Source: Chrysemys picta bellii | Lineage: Eukaryota | Reading direction: 5' to 3' | Assembly: GCF_011386835.1 (NCBI RefSeq) | Contig: NC_088811.1 | Location: forward strand, 10,974,001 to 11,038,000 | Length of the DNA: 64,000 bases | Part shown: piece by piece, positions 14,112 through 27,719 of the stretch | Position numbering within the stretch: the first letter of the stretch is position 1 | Layout of the letters: the number at the start of each line of letters is the position of its first letter | The notes under the pieces: model-generated | Told to the model about the DNA's origin: nothing | Database searches by the model: none | Seen by the model: the letters and a program-made list of their open reading frames with translations, nothing else | Translations under genes and position numbers: made by a program

Positions 14112-14439
14112 CAGGGGCGTGCACAGGGGGCAGCAAGCAGGGGCACCCCCAATAATCAGCGAGGGATACAGTACTCCCCTGCCCTGGGACTGCAGCGGGG
14201 AGAGAGGACTCCCCCTACCCCAGGGCTATGGCAGGGAAAGAGCTCCAGCCCTGGAGCTGGGGGAGTCCTCTCTCCCCAGGGTCTGGGTGGGGAGAGGGGG
14301 CAGTAAGCTTCTCCCAGTGCTGGGGGGAGGGGGCGGGCAGTGAGCTCCTCCTGGGGCCAGGTGAGGAGAGAGGAGAGCGAGCTTCTGTACCACCACCCCC
14401 AAAAAAAGGGTCAAATTTAAATTCCTTCGCACGCTCCTG
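14112..14439. mobile_element. hAT-type non-autonomous element, 328 bp, GC-rich
   Basis: TIRs CAGGGGCGTGC / GCACGCTCCTG. Exact 8-bp TSD CTTCAGTG at 14104-14111 and 14440-14447. Confidence 0.9.
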
Positions 14440-16093
14440 CTTCAGTGGAGTCACTCTTGATTTACACCAGTGTGACAGGAGAATCAAGCCCTGTTTCTTT
14501 GCTGTCCCACGGATCTCACTGTAAAAACCCGGACACCTGCAGAACTCATCAATGGTGAAGAAAGTAAACATACTACCACCAACTTGTTAAAAAGTGGCTG
14601 GCTGCAGTACTGGGACAAGCTCGATCTGAAAAGCAACCCCAAGAAATCAGTTAAACATTCACTGAATGAATATCCTTTTTTAATTTTGATTTTACTAGAC
14701 AAAGCTAATATTGCGTTTCCAAATGTCTGTATTTGCAAATTTCAGATGTATACATTAGTCTCTTGTTAGAGAACATTATTCTAAAATAGCATTAAGGTTT
14801 TGATACAAACCAAAGAATGGCAGGAATGTTAGATTTAAGCCTGCGAAGCATTAGAGTAGCAACTCCAGGCTCAACCTGGAATGGTATTAATCGCAGCAAC
14901 TTTTAAATATACAATGAAAGCTGCTTCAGGTAGCCACCCAATGGACCAGTAAAATCAATTGTCAATAGAGGTTATTTTAACTGCAAGTTCAACAATACCA
15001 TATTGAAAACCTTGGGGATAATTGAATGGCTTAATACAAGGAGTTATCTATCAGACAGGAGGACCTTAGTAGAAATTTCCCTGTACCAAATTATATCCAT
15101 CGTCTCATCCTTCTATATTTATTCAATAGAAAGATCTCTGTCACACCAACACAGAGAAACTTCAGTAGAGGTTTCCTAACAGAAGATGTGCTTGAAAGAA
15201 ATAGCAGGATGTTCTTCCTCCTGTTACATATACCATTTATACCTGACTTATCTCAGTTGTCACCCTCCCATCGTAGAGATACTTATCAGGCACTTTTGGT
15301 GACATTGGACTGCTGCTGATTTCCAAAATACAGGCTGCAGGACCTCCCTGCCATCACTACTTTACTTTAAATGAGCAGGCTGCTGATATAGAAACAGGAG
15401 TTGAAAATGGTACCACCTAGTTAAAACTTCAACAGGCCTTTCCTGCCACGTCCTTTATTGGAGTTTTCAGTCCTTCAGGTTTGTGCTGTCAGATCTTCAG
15501 GGGAGTGAAAACAGCTGCCAGTCTCCTTGTCAAAAGGGAACAGAAACTATGGGACAGGCTATGATTTCGCTCTTCTCAAGAACATCTCAGAATACTCAAA
15601 TCAGCTCTTTAGGTAAGAAACCTGCTTCATTTCTCCCTCTCAAAATTCATCATGCATGCATTAAATTAACCTCTACAAGTTTTACTAATTAAGCCTCTTT
15701 GTACCTCTGTAGGATGTAGAGCTGAAGGAGCGGAATAGTGATTCCAAAAACAAACACTATAACCTGACTGAGAAGAAAATGACATGAGTCACATTATTAT
15801 TCATTACTTACTACACAGTAAAATATTCCACCAATACACAACTCTGTTACGTGGTTACCTGAGGCATTCAACTCTTGGTCCCATATTTAAAGCTGGCAAA
15901 GGACTTGTAACCACATTTCAAAGGTACTGAGCACCCAACAATTCCCAAGCAGTTTGGGAATAACTTAGAAAGTCCAAAATTAAAAGATCTGAGGGGACCA
16001 TTTTCATAGGAAGGGACATGGTACTATTAGACGATGCCTCTAGATGAACTGAATTTGTATTTTACATGATGTTGCAGCAGCAAACCTTAATCT

Positions 16094-16267
16094 GGAGACA
16101 AAGGCCTTAACTGCACTGAGAATTTTAAGGAGTTCTCCCATTGCCATGTAGCACCAACACAGCTCCACTTTTGCAAGCAATGGTGCAAGCAGAAGGGCAT
16201 ATTGCTGCATGAATTTTTACCACTGTATCATCCAGATCCTCTCAATGTAGACAAGGCCTTTGTCTCC
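16094..16267. mobile_element. Degenerate MITE bounded by a 15-bp perfect inverted repeat
   Basis: GGAGACAAAGGCCTT (16094-16108) and AAGGCCTTTGTCTCC (16253-16267). The right end also has the gtagacaaggcc family motif. Confidence 0.6.
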
Positions 16268-19200
16268 TGAGGATGTGATGTTATAATAGAAAATTTGATT
16301 CCATCATCTGTTTGTCTAAGCATGGTCTAACCCTACCAGATACTCTCCTATGAGCATATTCCCTTCAAAGCTTTTCAGTATTTTAGTCCCAACCTGATTT
16401 GGACCATTTTTATATTTTGTAGGCCTCTCTTCACAAGCTTCTATTCCTTTCCCACTAGAGAGTCAATATCTATTTGATGTTTATGCCAAATTTGCTACTG
16501 TATCTGGAAACAGGTATTTTATATTATATATGTTGAGAGCACCATTCTACCCTGTGATACATGGTATGCACTACTGTATATCTTGTAAAAATCAACATTT
16601 GCCTTTAAATATTAGTAGCTCTTTTAAGTGGCAATGGAGGCTAAGCGTTTCAGTGAATTAAACATTGAAGTTTCACCTCTGGAGAACTGGATTAGAATCT
16701 TAATTTGGTTCACAAGTAAAAGTAGTTTAATGGTCTCATCCTAGTCTTTAGAAATCTATCTGGATCTGAACACATTAACAAAAGTATATTGCTATAGGTC
16801 TCTGCTCAGAAGACAAGGATGTTGTGAGTCGGGATTGAGGAGCATTGTGTGGCTATAGTCAGTGCCATTAGTTTTATTAGTTCAGAAGCACTAAATTCAC
16901 CTTTCAAAAATAATAATAATTAAAAGCTAATAAACAATATCTCAATTTACCCTGTACACAACTCTTCACCCTTTTGATAAAGAATTCAGGCTTTAATTAT
17001 TTTTGCTCCTTTACTGGACTTAAGAGATTCTAAACTACTGCTCTGTTTTCTGCCGTGGATACACACACCCCTATTAAATAGCCCTAAAACAAAACTGTGC
17101 TTACAATCTAAACTGTGATGGTGTTTGGGCACTCATTAGCTCAGGTGGTAGGCCATGTGAGTCAGGCAGTAATGAATCATAGCTGGGCTGATCAGATGTT
17201 CAAGAAGCTGGGAGAAGTGCCATTTAAGAGAGGTTTTAATTCCAGTAATACATGGCTGGTAAGAGTGACAGAATTCTATGCCCTGTAGTTCATTTCTGCT
17301 GTCAATTGCCCTTGGATTTCAAAAGCCCAGCATTCACTTGAATGGAGCTTACTTCCCTTAGGTCACCATAAGCACAGAGTCTCTTTATTGTAATGAGAAT
17401 TGTCAGGATTAGTGCAGAATAGCTAATTTTTAATTGGGGGTAATATAATGCCCCAGTCTCCCCCACCCACTTAATATTTTAGTAAAGGTTAAAAAAATTA
17501 AAAACCCACCTTAAAAGAACAAAATAGAAATCTTAACTTGTACTGACATCCTAACCATATCTGTGGTTGCACCATTACTCTTGGGGGGTGTGGGTGGGGG
17601 GGCAAAGAGAGGAGACACAGCGTAGATAAAAAAGTTTATGGGATAGAAAGGAGTTATTTCAATACAGAAACTAGAGCTTTCCTCCAGCTGTTTAACTACA
17701 GTGGTATCTATGGAAGCAAGGATGGGTTAAACCTAAATAAAGCCCAGATGGGCCAATATTTTGCTCCCCAAGTTGGCCTTCCATACAGTGCCTTCCTCAC
17801 TCTCTTGCAATGGACTCCATTTCTCAACCAGTTCACCATCTCTTACATACTCACTTGATGTCTGATTTTTCAAATGTGCTGAGCACCCACAACTACAATG
17901 GGAGTCTTGGGGAGCTTTAGGTGTTCAGCACATCTGATGTGGCTTCTCAGTGATTTGCTAGCCTCAGATTAAAAAAAGCCTAGCTCCTGGATCCTGCCTT
18001 ACTTCAGCTCATGACACTTGTCTGGCTGTGGCTGTCACTTACATACTATGGATGCCTTGGACCAAATTCATTCCTAATATGATCCTGTAAAGTAAGTTAC
18101 AGTGGAGATGAATTTAGCTCGGCATGTGCCCATGCCTGCAACAGGAGCTTGTCGCCAGGTGGCCCCTATAAGGATTCCAGCTCTGAGGGAGTTATTGGGA
18201 AAAATACAGGCGACCACAATCAGCATTAGCAGTTTTGCAATGGGTGGGCACCTTATACCTCCCCCATGCTCTTGGCGCCTTATTTACCTCCCCAGGGCTA
18301 GTGGGGTGAGTCATAGTTAGAGCTTCATGTGTGTTGCTCCAGCTGGGAGGGGGAGGCAAAAGGGTGCCACTCCTAAATCTGGCTCCCCCCTTCCTCCACT
18401 GTGCTCTGCCCCCTAAGCTCCCAAATTGCACGGCTATGATGCCCCCCATCCCCTTTGATCTCCCTGAGAGCCCAACGCTGCTGCTCCTGCAGCCGCCGCT
18501 CACCCCAGCCAGGCAGTGTCTGCCCCCAGGCATGGAGAGTTATCTGCATAGCTTGCAAAGCACACCATGCACCACTGGGAGCCCTTCACCACCATCTAGT
18601 TGGCCACAACAAGCGAGACCAGCAGGCCATGGCCAGTGACTGGGCCAGGAAGCACAGCAGAGAAACCACTGGGGCAGGCTCACCAGCAGCTGTCCCTGGT
18701 CACGCTAGTGTGTGCAAGCAACTCACACGCTCCCGGACAGGAGATGCAAACCACTGCAAGGAAGAGACTTGCACTTTCACGGGGATGGCACTGACACTAG
18801 CATGGTCAAGTGATTGCCCTGCTATACACTACCCCTGGGAAATACACGGGGACAACCAAGAACTCAGACTCTCACTATCAGAGCCCACTTTTGAAAAAGT
18901 TGGCCAAGGGCCACCTAGCAAGTTGGAGGCACACTCAGGAACCCTAGCTTCTTCATGCTGTACCCAAACCACTACACCACACTCAAAGATCGAGCAGCTC
19001 CAGTAGAGGAAGTTCCTGTAACAGACTCAGTCTATGTGGGTCAGATTCTGCTCATGGTTATAAACTTGTAAATAGGGAACAGTTCCTTTTAAACCAATGG
19101 AGTTACTCTAGATTTATACCACTGTGGCTAAGAGCAGATTCTTTGTCTTTCATATTTAGTTTTTATGTTCGTTTGTTGTGTGCATGGGATTTCCATTAAC

Positions 19201-20344
19201 ATTTTGAGGGAAAACAGGCTCCTCAGTTGGGCAAAATCCTGAAATCTTTATTCAGACAAAACGTTAACAAAATCATTGGAAGTATTGCACAAGTAAGGGT
19301 AGAGTAAAAGCTGAATAAGAACTTCAAGATGTATCCTTTAATTTGGAACCACTAGCAGTGTTGCAGGAAAAAACCTGAAGAATCTTGAATTATGTATTTA
19401 AGTTTTAGTGGCAAACTAGGCTTAATGTTATAGCTTCTTTTCCTCATTTTGAAAGGATATTTACTCAATTTGTTTGTCCTGTTTTACTTTCTGATATTGC
19501 TGTTAAATAGTAAGTCTAGATACTTTGAACTATTCATGAGGCTCCAGGAACAGTGATTTTTTTTTCTCTCTGTTTTCTTTTAATTTAAAAAGGGAAGTTG
19601 CTTAAATTATAGAAGATGAGAGGCAGGGAGCTGAATGGTAATATAAAGAATTTTGATAGATCAGTCTGAATGGAACAGTAGCAAAGAGAACAAGTAACTG
19701 GTGATAACTTCACCTTCAGAGCTAAGAGGAGCTCTTCTGTTTCCTGTGGTCAAATCGCAAAGCTGCCAGCAAAGGAATTTTGTGTGCGCTCAGTCTCAGT
19801 AGGAAGAGCTGATAAAGGTGACTAGAAAAGATTTTGTTCCTCATGATACAACTAATAGACATCATTGTCACTACGTTCAGGTAAATTGGATTGTTCATTA
19901 GATGCTATATTTTTGTGTCCAAATGTAGTAATGTTTGAGCTGCCTTCTGTATTAAACGTGGTGATTTTGTATTTTCATACTTACTACAGTAATGGAGGCC
20001 CATGTATCTAATGCCTCCCAAATATTTTAAAATAACAATCTCTCTCTCTTCCTTCACAGTGTGTAAGAGAATAATAGCTTATAGTTTGTCTGTTTGTATG
20101 TGTGCTGTGTTGTGTATCTTTCTGTGTGAATAACTTTTTTGGGGAAAGCTAACCTAAAGAAATGAATTTTGCATTTAGTTCTGGATGTGTTTGTTCTAAT
20201 CTCTTGCAGAAGGATTCATAGTCAAGGTCCAATTCCTACAAAAGTTCTGTTTCCGAGACTCATGAACTTCTTCCTGTTGATCTATAGTTTAATTGTTTCA
20301 CCTGAATATAGCTGTCGTAGGAAGTCACAGTCACAGAGGGAGAC

Positions 20345-20625
20345 ATGATTTCTCAGTACTTAGATCAGTCCTATGGAGGATTTTGAAAATCAGGACACAA
20401 TCTGAAGCAGTTTCTGTATTCATTGGGAAGACAGTGGGAAAGTGAACACTGGAGTGATGCGTTCATGGCAGCTTGCGCAGCTAAGCAGACTGGCATTTTA
20501 TACCGATAGGAGCTTTTTTCAGGATGTGTGGTTCCACTCCTAACTATGAGTTGCAATAATCTAGTTCATAGATCACTAATGAATGGATCACCCTGGACAG
20601 AACTATGTGCGATAGGTGTAAAACC
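20345..20625 (-). mobile_element. Ancient L2 LINE fragment
   Basis: Minus strand at 20551-20592 translates VIHSLVIYELDYCN (L2 LDYCN motif). Confidence 0.65.
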
Positions 20626-21084
20626 AGCGTAATGGAGTGAAGCACCTGTCCCTATGTTTCTTTAGAGTACTCCATTAGAGTAGTAGTTTTGATAGAAAAG
20701 AATTACAGCTTAAAATACTATACACTGGTAATTGTGGACTGAAGCCAGTATTTAATGAATGTGTTTAAAACACCCAGTGCTTCTGTTTTTTTCTTGATTA
20801 AACTAATATTTACTAGCAAGTCTGCCAAAAAATAAGCACTGGGACCTTTAAACCTTAATTATACCATACATCACTGTTTTTTTTTTTTTTTTAACCTTAG
20901 CCACCCACAGAATGTATTATCTTCACAGTGATTATGATGCAAGCTAATGCTGGGAGGGAAATGAGGAGGTTAGTGGGTCTCCCTCTGTCATTAACTGTTA
21001 GCTGGTAGAGTGGTGGTACAATAATTTAGACTTGCTGATGTCTTTAGACAGGAACATAGGAGTTTACAGGTTTGGGATAACTTG

Positions 21085-21396
21085 CAGTGTTGCCAACTTT
21101 CACAATTCTGTTGTGAGTGTTGTGATTTTTATTTATTTGTTTGTTTATTTTAATTAAAGCCCCAGCTACTGGAATCAAGAGCTTGCATGAAAATCTTAGC
21201 TTTTGGGGTTTTTTTTAAAGTATGTTTTCTAGCCCTCGGGGTTGTGGAGAAAAGTGTATTGAAAACATTAATTGACTGCACCCTAATGGCTCAGAAAGCC
21301 AAATGCAAATAAAAGGACCAACATTCCAAAAGGATAAATCTCATCATTTTTGAGGGGCCTGATTCATGTTTTTTGAATGCTGGGATGGCAGTGCTG
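21085..21396. mobile_element. Non-autonomous DNA transposon (CAGTGTTGCCAA-ended family)
   Basis: Starts CAGTGTTGCCAAC and ends with degenerate ATGGCAGTGCTG. Internally similar to the copy at 39805-40053. Confidence 0.65.
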
Positions 21397-21816
21397 CTAT
21401 TATTCACCATATACACTTCACACTTTAGTACTCTTTACTAAAGCTCTGAGCTGTCCCTTAGTACAGTCACATTGCTATCTATTACACACAAATCTCATGT
21501 TGTCTCCCCCTGCTCTCTTCCTTCTACATCCTTTGAAGCCCTGAGTAGCCCCAACTGTATGTTTCCCATACTTAAGGCCCACACAAGAGTCCTCATTCTT
21601 CTTGTGGCAGATAGCCACCTTTACCCCCATCCAGTCTCTCTGGTCGCACTTTCTCTGTTACATCTTCTGGAGGTAGCAGAATTACATCTGGTGTTAACCT
21701 CCTAATTTCAAAGGTGGAGCATCATGTAAGAGATTCTAGAGCAAACATTGATGTTAGCATGACGGGTTGTTCACTTTTAATCAAACCATCTTCTGCTTTA
21801 TTCAGTAACTCTATAG

Positions 21817-22092
<276 letters not shown>

Positions 22093-22983
22093 TAGGTGAG
22101 TACATATGTGTGAGTATCTGCGATAGCTTTGCTATGACAGTGTCTATATTCGGATTCCAATTAACAAGATGTATAGATGGGTATGAATGTATGCATGATA
22201 ATAATTACCGGTAAGACAAAGAAGAATTTCTAGAGTTGCAGGGAATATAGCATAGTAATAGATCATATCTGTGGCAGTGGCCTCTGTCAGAGTGTATTCT
22301 TGTCCCCTCTTGTGGACCAGCACCAGTTTGTTGTAAGCAACCCCAACTCCTAGGTCCATGTATTTCTAAGCCTCCCTGGGTCTGGGTAGTGACTGGTCAC
22401 TGTTCCTACCCCTGGGTATTTCATACAAGCACCCAGAGGTAGACTCTGGGTCTGACACCCTTCTTGGTCAGTAGGATCCCACATTCTGGAACCACTGCCT
22501 CAGCCTTCCTGAGCCCTCAGTTGCTTAGATATATTCCCCCCCAAGTCCAACTGGCTGTTGTAGCCCTGGTTTCTAATTAAAACCTTAAGGGTCAATCAGG
22601 AGATAGTCAAGGAACACAGACTTAGCAAAGCAATTTCTTAATCACAGACACTTAACTCTCTAGCCTTTTCAAGAGTAACAGATCTTTGAGAAACAACAAC
22701 ATCCTGACTGCACCCCCCAACCCAAAGTCAAATCTCATCCCTCCTGTGAGTCCTGGGTTTGATCAGCATCCTTAAACTATGCATCTTTTGCTGCCTTCTT
22801 TTGACTGGTCATTTTGCATGTGCCAATGGCCTGGCCCATTGCGGAGAAAAGCAACCCTCTTTTAAAACAATCTCTGTCTCCCTGTTGTCTATGTGCTTCA
22901 GCTGGGTAAGTTTTGGGACTACAGCTTCTCCCTTGTCATTCAGAGTCAAAGACCCTAATGATAGAAAAACCATTATTCTACTA

Positions 22984-23223
22984 AAAAAAGAAGAACAGGA
23001 GGACTTGTGGCACCTTAGAGACTAACAAATTTATTAGAGCATAAGCTTTCGTGGACTATAGCCCACTTCTTCGGATGCATATAGCTATATGCATCCGAAG
23101 AAGTGGGCTATAGTCCACGAAAGCTTATGCTCTAATAAATTTGTTAGTCTCTAAGGTGCCACAAGTCCTCCTGTTCTTCTTTTTGCGGATACAGACTAAC
23201 ACGGCTGCTACTCTGAAACCTTT
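22984..23223. mobile_element. Penelope-like element terminal (pLTR) remnant as an inverted duplication, with 13-bp TSD
   Basis: Perfect palindrome 22985-23184 followed by gcggatacagactaacacggctgctactctgaaac. CATTATTCTACTA duplicated at 22971-22983 and 23224-23236. Homologous to 35924-36087. Confidence 0.85.
23091..23130 (+). ncRNA. Minimal type I hammerhead-ribozyme-like motif (mirror copy on the minus strand at 23039-23078)
   Basis: Stem I GCAU/AUGC; core CCGAAGA+A; stem II GUGGGC-UAUA-GUCCAC; GAA; palindromic stem III AGCU; predicted cleavage after U23126. The core has U4->C relative to CUGANGA, so activity is uncertain. Confidence 0.55.
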
Positions 23224-23737
23224 CATTATTCTACTAGGGAAGAGTCATTTAATGTTGATAGCCCTTGATTGCTCTGTCATTGCTTCTCAGACATAGTTAT
23301 TCCACTAGATGTCAAGCCCCTGCTACAAAATGGATGCTCCAATCCACAAAGAAGGCTGCAATACAACATGAAGGTCACACTTCAAAACAAAGGTTATAAT
23401 ACAAAAGAGAGACCCAGAAACAAAATGGGGTCCACAAAACAAAAAGGAGTTCACAGTTTGACACAGACATATTGTCAATCTGTCACAGCCTCTTCTTCCC
23501 AAACCCTGAGACTATCACACCAGCATTTTGTAGTCTATGTCACCCACACTTGGCAACATGATTCAAATTCTCTTTCATAGTTGTGCTCCATACATCGGCC
23601 TGAGACTAGTGCACAGCACTTTTCCAGTTCCAGTGGATTGGCTAACGGGGCTCTGTGGGAAAATGGCATTCATCTTCTTTTAAAGACCATAATGACCATG
23701 CATATGAAGTACTTTATGTACAATACAGTGAAGTTGA

Positions 23738-23989
<252 letters not shown>

Positions 23990-24708
23990 TGAAAAGACAC
24001 CTATTCCTTTAGTAGGATCAGGACAGGAATGGTTTAAATGGCTAAGGGTCAGTTCTGCAACTCTTAATCACATGAACAGTCCCATGGAAGTCAAAGGGAC
24101 TATTCATACGAGCAAGAGTTTTTCACATAAATAAGGATTGCAGGATTAGGCCCCCATGCATATATGCTGAGACTATGAACACTTTAACATTTCCAAGGGC
24201 ATATCATTTACATACTTATTTTTGATGACTTTTTAGCATTGAAGAAAGTGAGGGATTCATAATGGTGACTAGAGCCGAGAGTAGAGTGGGCCCATGCTGC
24301 CCAAGCTTCCCTCACTAAGCTCTGCTAATGCACAATGCTGCTCTTCCATACTTTTAAAAGTAGTGTGAGAACCTTAAAGGAATGCCTATTTTTCAATCTT
24401 CCTTCACCCCCATGATGCTCCTGTGTCTGCCCTTCCTCTCCATATGGTTTGTGTCACTCTAACTCCATCCAATTTCTTCCTTTGAAAAAATAAACTTACT
24501 TAATTGCTGATGCGTCTAGCTCCAGCACGTTGGTAGTCACAGGACTCAGATCTCACAGCCCATGGTTGAGGAAGTTCTCAAGAGACCTCTATGAAAAACT
24601 CAGGGTGCTACTGCAGGAGGAAGTGATGAAATATGATTCAGTAGGTAGTTCTCTTCTCTATGTTATCGCACAACTTTAATACTCTTTAAAAAATTATTTA
24701 TTTTGTAG

Positions 24709-24854
24709 ATACCATCATCAGAAACTTGCATCTTCTAATCCTGCTAACAGTCTGCAGAATGCTGTACCTCTAATAAAGCCAGGCCGAAAGAGAAAACAGG
24801 AAGCAAATAGATACATTCCTGTTAAAAAGAATCAACTGAGTCCAGAAACAAAAG
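24709..24854 (+). CDS. NMNAT1: NMNAT1 third coding exon, carrying the PGRKRK nuclear localisation signal
   Basis: TTTTGTAG|A acceptor and AAG|GTTTAG donor. 146 nt, reading YHHQKLASSNPANSLQNAVPLIKPGRKRKQEANRYIPVKKNQLSPETKG. PGRKRK is diagnostic of the nuclear paralogue NMNAT1. Confidence 0.93.
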
Positions 24855-26046
24855 GTTTAGTATGTTTGCGAAAGAAATCCTCATAGCAACACACACTTAT
24901 TTCCAGGCCATGGTGATCTGCCATTGGGAAGCATTTTTCTGGTATTAGATCTCGGTTCTGACCTCCCTACTGAACAATGTAAAGAAAATAAAACATCTAG
25001 ATTTTATGGCGTGAATCAGTAGTCTCCTTCATAACAGTAAACTATCAGGGTGAAGTAATCGGGTTTTACAATAATCCTTAGGATAACAGAAATCTGAACT
25101 GGAAAAAAAAACATTTAGTTTACTGAGATTTATCACACTACAGCTGAAGTTAAGGAATTGTGAGTCATAGGCTCTTTTTATTCAATGAGGAAAGGAAGGA
25201 CAATAAGTCAGAAGTCCCTTGTATATCCAGAAATGGGGGTAGGGGTGTAATTTAAAACCCCATGAAAGTGGAGTAGCATGACTTACAAATTCCAGCTAAC
25301 ATCCAGATTGATTATTACTTCTTACAAAGATGTAATTTTATTATTCATCTCTATTTAATCTGAGCACCTGCATGAACTAAGATCTAACAAGCTTGCCAGT
25401 TTCTTAGTATCTTGGGCCCACCCACCCCTTTTGGTTTCAGCCAATAAGCCCCTTCCAACTTTCCACAATGGATTTTTTTTCCCCGATGTGGTTTTTTGAT
25501 CCCTTAAAAATAATTTGTCATCTTAGTCTTCCCTGGCCAGAGCCTACTAACACCAGCCACCCATGAAGGGCAGATAACTATCATGCCAAACAAACTTCTG
25601 TTGGTGAAAGAGACAAGCTTTTGAGGTCCACAGACCTCTTCAGCTCTGTATTTGGTTTCTCTTTCTCTAAGGGGAATCCCTTTGGAATGTCATCTAAGGT
25701 TTTAATAAAATTAGGATATCCTTCTGTATTTAACCCTTTTGTAGCTCCCCCCCTTGAGCTCTCTCATCTTCAGTGGTGGATTGCTTCGTCACAAGGCCAG
25801 TGTTAGGATCATTCCTTAGAATATATTTTCTAGTGCTTTTTGCTCCCTTTGGAGACTATTCTATGGATAGCCTAATAAAACTTATTATCAGGATGTTTTT
25901 TGTAATACACTGTCCGAATGTTCCTTTTTTTAATTTCATCCCATTACCTCAGTATACCCAGGATATGGAGAGGTAGCGTAACATCCTTGCTGAGTCAGCA
26001 AATAGCAGTGGCTAAAACTGAATCTTCTTCCATTCCCTTTTTTTAG

Positions 26047-26459
26047 GTGTCCCACAGCTGAAGCTGCTCTGTGGAGCTGACATGCTGGAGTCCTTTGGAA
26101 TCCCCAACTTGTGGAAGCTGGAAGACATCACTGAAATTGTGGCAAACCATGGCCTTGTCTGCATAACCAGAGCTGGAAACAATGCACAGAAATTTATCTA
26201 TGAATCTGACACGCTTTGGCAACACAAGAATAACATTCACCTGGTAGAAGAGTGGATCACCAATGACATCTCTTCCACCAAGATCCGGAGAGCACTGAGG
26301 AGAGGACAGAGCGTCCGTTACCTGGTCCCTGATGCAGTCCGGGCTTACATTGAAAAATACAACCTGTATAGTCCAGAAAGTGAAGACAGGAATGCTGAGG
26401 TTATTCTGGCCCCTTTACAGAAATATGCTAGGGGGTGTAAGCAGGAACAGACACTGTAA
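26047..26459 (+). CDS. NMNAT1: NMNAT1 last coding exon ([16 protein letters not shown]...ISSTKIRR...KQEQTL*); total CDS 861 nt, 286 aa
   Basis: TTTTTAG|GT acceptor. LLCGAD and ISSTKIR motifs. TAA at 26457-26459. Overlaps ORF 26082..26459. Confidence 0.97.
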
Positions 26460-26620
26460 TCTAGCCTGTTGTTATGCTGTGAAAACCTTATGCTTTAACG
26501 TGGGAAGATGTTTAATCTGTTCCAGTAAATCAGGTCTGATTCTATAGCCCTTGTATGTATGTAAGTACCATTGAATTCAATGGGAGTTTTGTGCGTATGG
26601 GGATTGAGCTTTTACAGCAC

Positions 26621-27458
26621 AGGCCTTGTCTTTAAAAAAAACCAAAACAAAAGTATGTTTTACCTCAGGTTAACTAACACGCACGAGCTATCCTGAGGTA
26701 AAGACACAGTGAGGACACGGCATTTAGTTTTACCATAAAATAAACTAGGAAAGGTCAGCTCTGTTGACCTCACCAAGGGTATGTCTACACTGCCCACATT
26801 ACAGTGCAGCCATGGCAGCGCTGTGACGTGGCCAGTGTAGTCACACTTTATCACTGGGGGAGAGCTCTCCTGGCGATATTAAAAAAATAAAAAAAAACCA
26901 CCCTGAATGAGCGGTGGTAGTTTTATCACCCAAAGCGCATCTCCCGGCGATAAAGTGCTGTCTATACTGGCGCTTTTCAGCGCTAAAACTTTTGTTGCTC
27001 AGGAGGGTGTTTTTTCACACCCCTGAACAACTAAAGTTTTAGCACTGAAAGTGGCAGTGTAGACACAGCCCAAGTCTACCTCACAGTACAGCTAATGTGT
27101 CTACACAGCTGACATTAAAGTGCTGCTGCGGCAGCGCTTTAATGTGGTTGTGTAGTTGTGGCTGCAGCGCTGGGAGAGAGCTTTCCCAGCGCTGTAATAA
27201 AACCACCTCCGCAACGGGAATAGCTCCCAGCACTGTAGCACTGTCTACACTGCCACTTTACAATGCTGAAACTTGCATTGCTCAGGGGTGTGTTTTTTCA
27301 CACCCCCGAGCAAAGAAAGTTTCAGCGCTGTAAGTGGCAGTGTAGACAAGGCCTAAAGTAACTTGTCTTCACAGTGTTTTTACCTCAAGGGTAGCTGACA
27401 CTCATTCATTATCCTGAAATCTAAGAATAGACATTTTTTAGCAGTGAAGACAAGGCCT
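26621..27458. mobile_element. Nested MITE cluster just downstream of the NMNAT1 stop: outer element with two inner Harbinger/PIF-like MITEs (26777-27070 and ~27097-27353)
   Basis: Outer TIR AGGCCTTGTCTT / AAGACAAGGCCT. Inner elements have TGTCTACAC...GTGTAGACA ends with candidate 3-bp TSDs CAA and TAA. Confidence 0.8.
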
Positions 27459-27719
27459 TAGGAACTGGATTCCTCCACTGTCCTTTACCTTGTCATTTAC
27501 AGCTGTGCAAATTGAGAGTAAAGTGGGTGCAAAATGCTGCCGCTCAGCTGTGCTGCTGTTTTACACTCTCTTTGCACATGAACAGCAACAAAAGATGATA
27601 GACTGTGGAGAAGCAGGTCCTACAATTATGCATCAAGTGCTACAGTTTGATACCTAAAACTTAGCATAATAAAAATGAAACAAAATGGGTTTTATAAACG
27701 ATGATGTTACAGATATCCT

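Noticed and set aside
22280-22780. Possible LTR-like remnants here and at ~2160-2300
   Set aside because: No clear TG...CA termini, TSD or internal domain could be established by eye.
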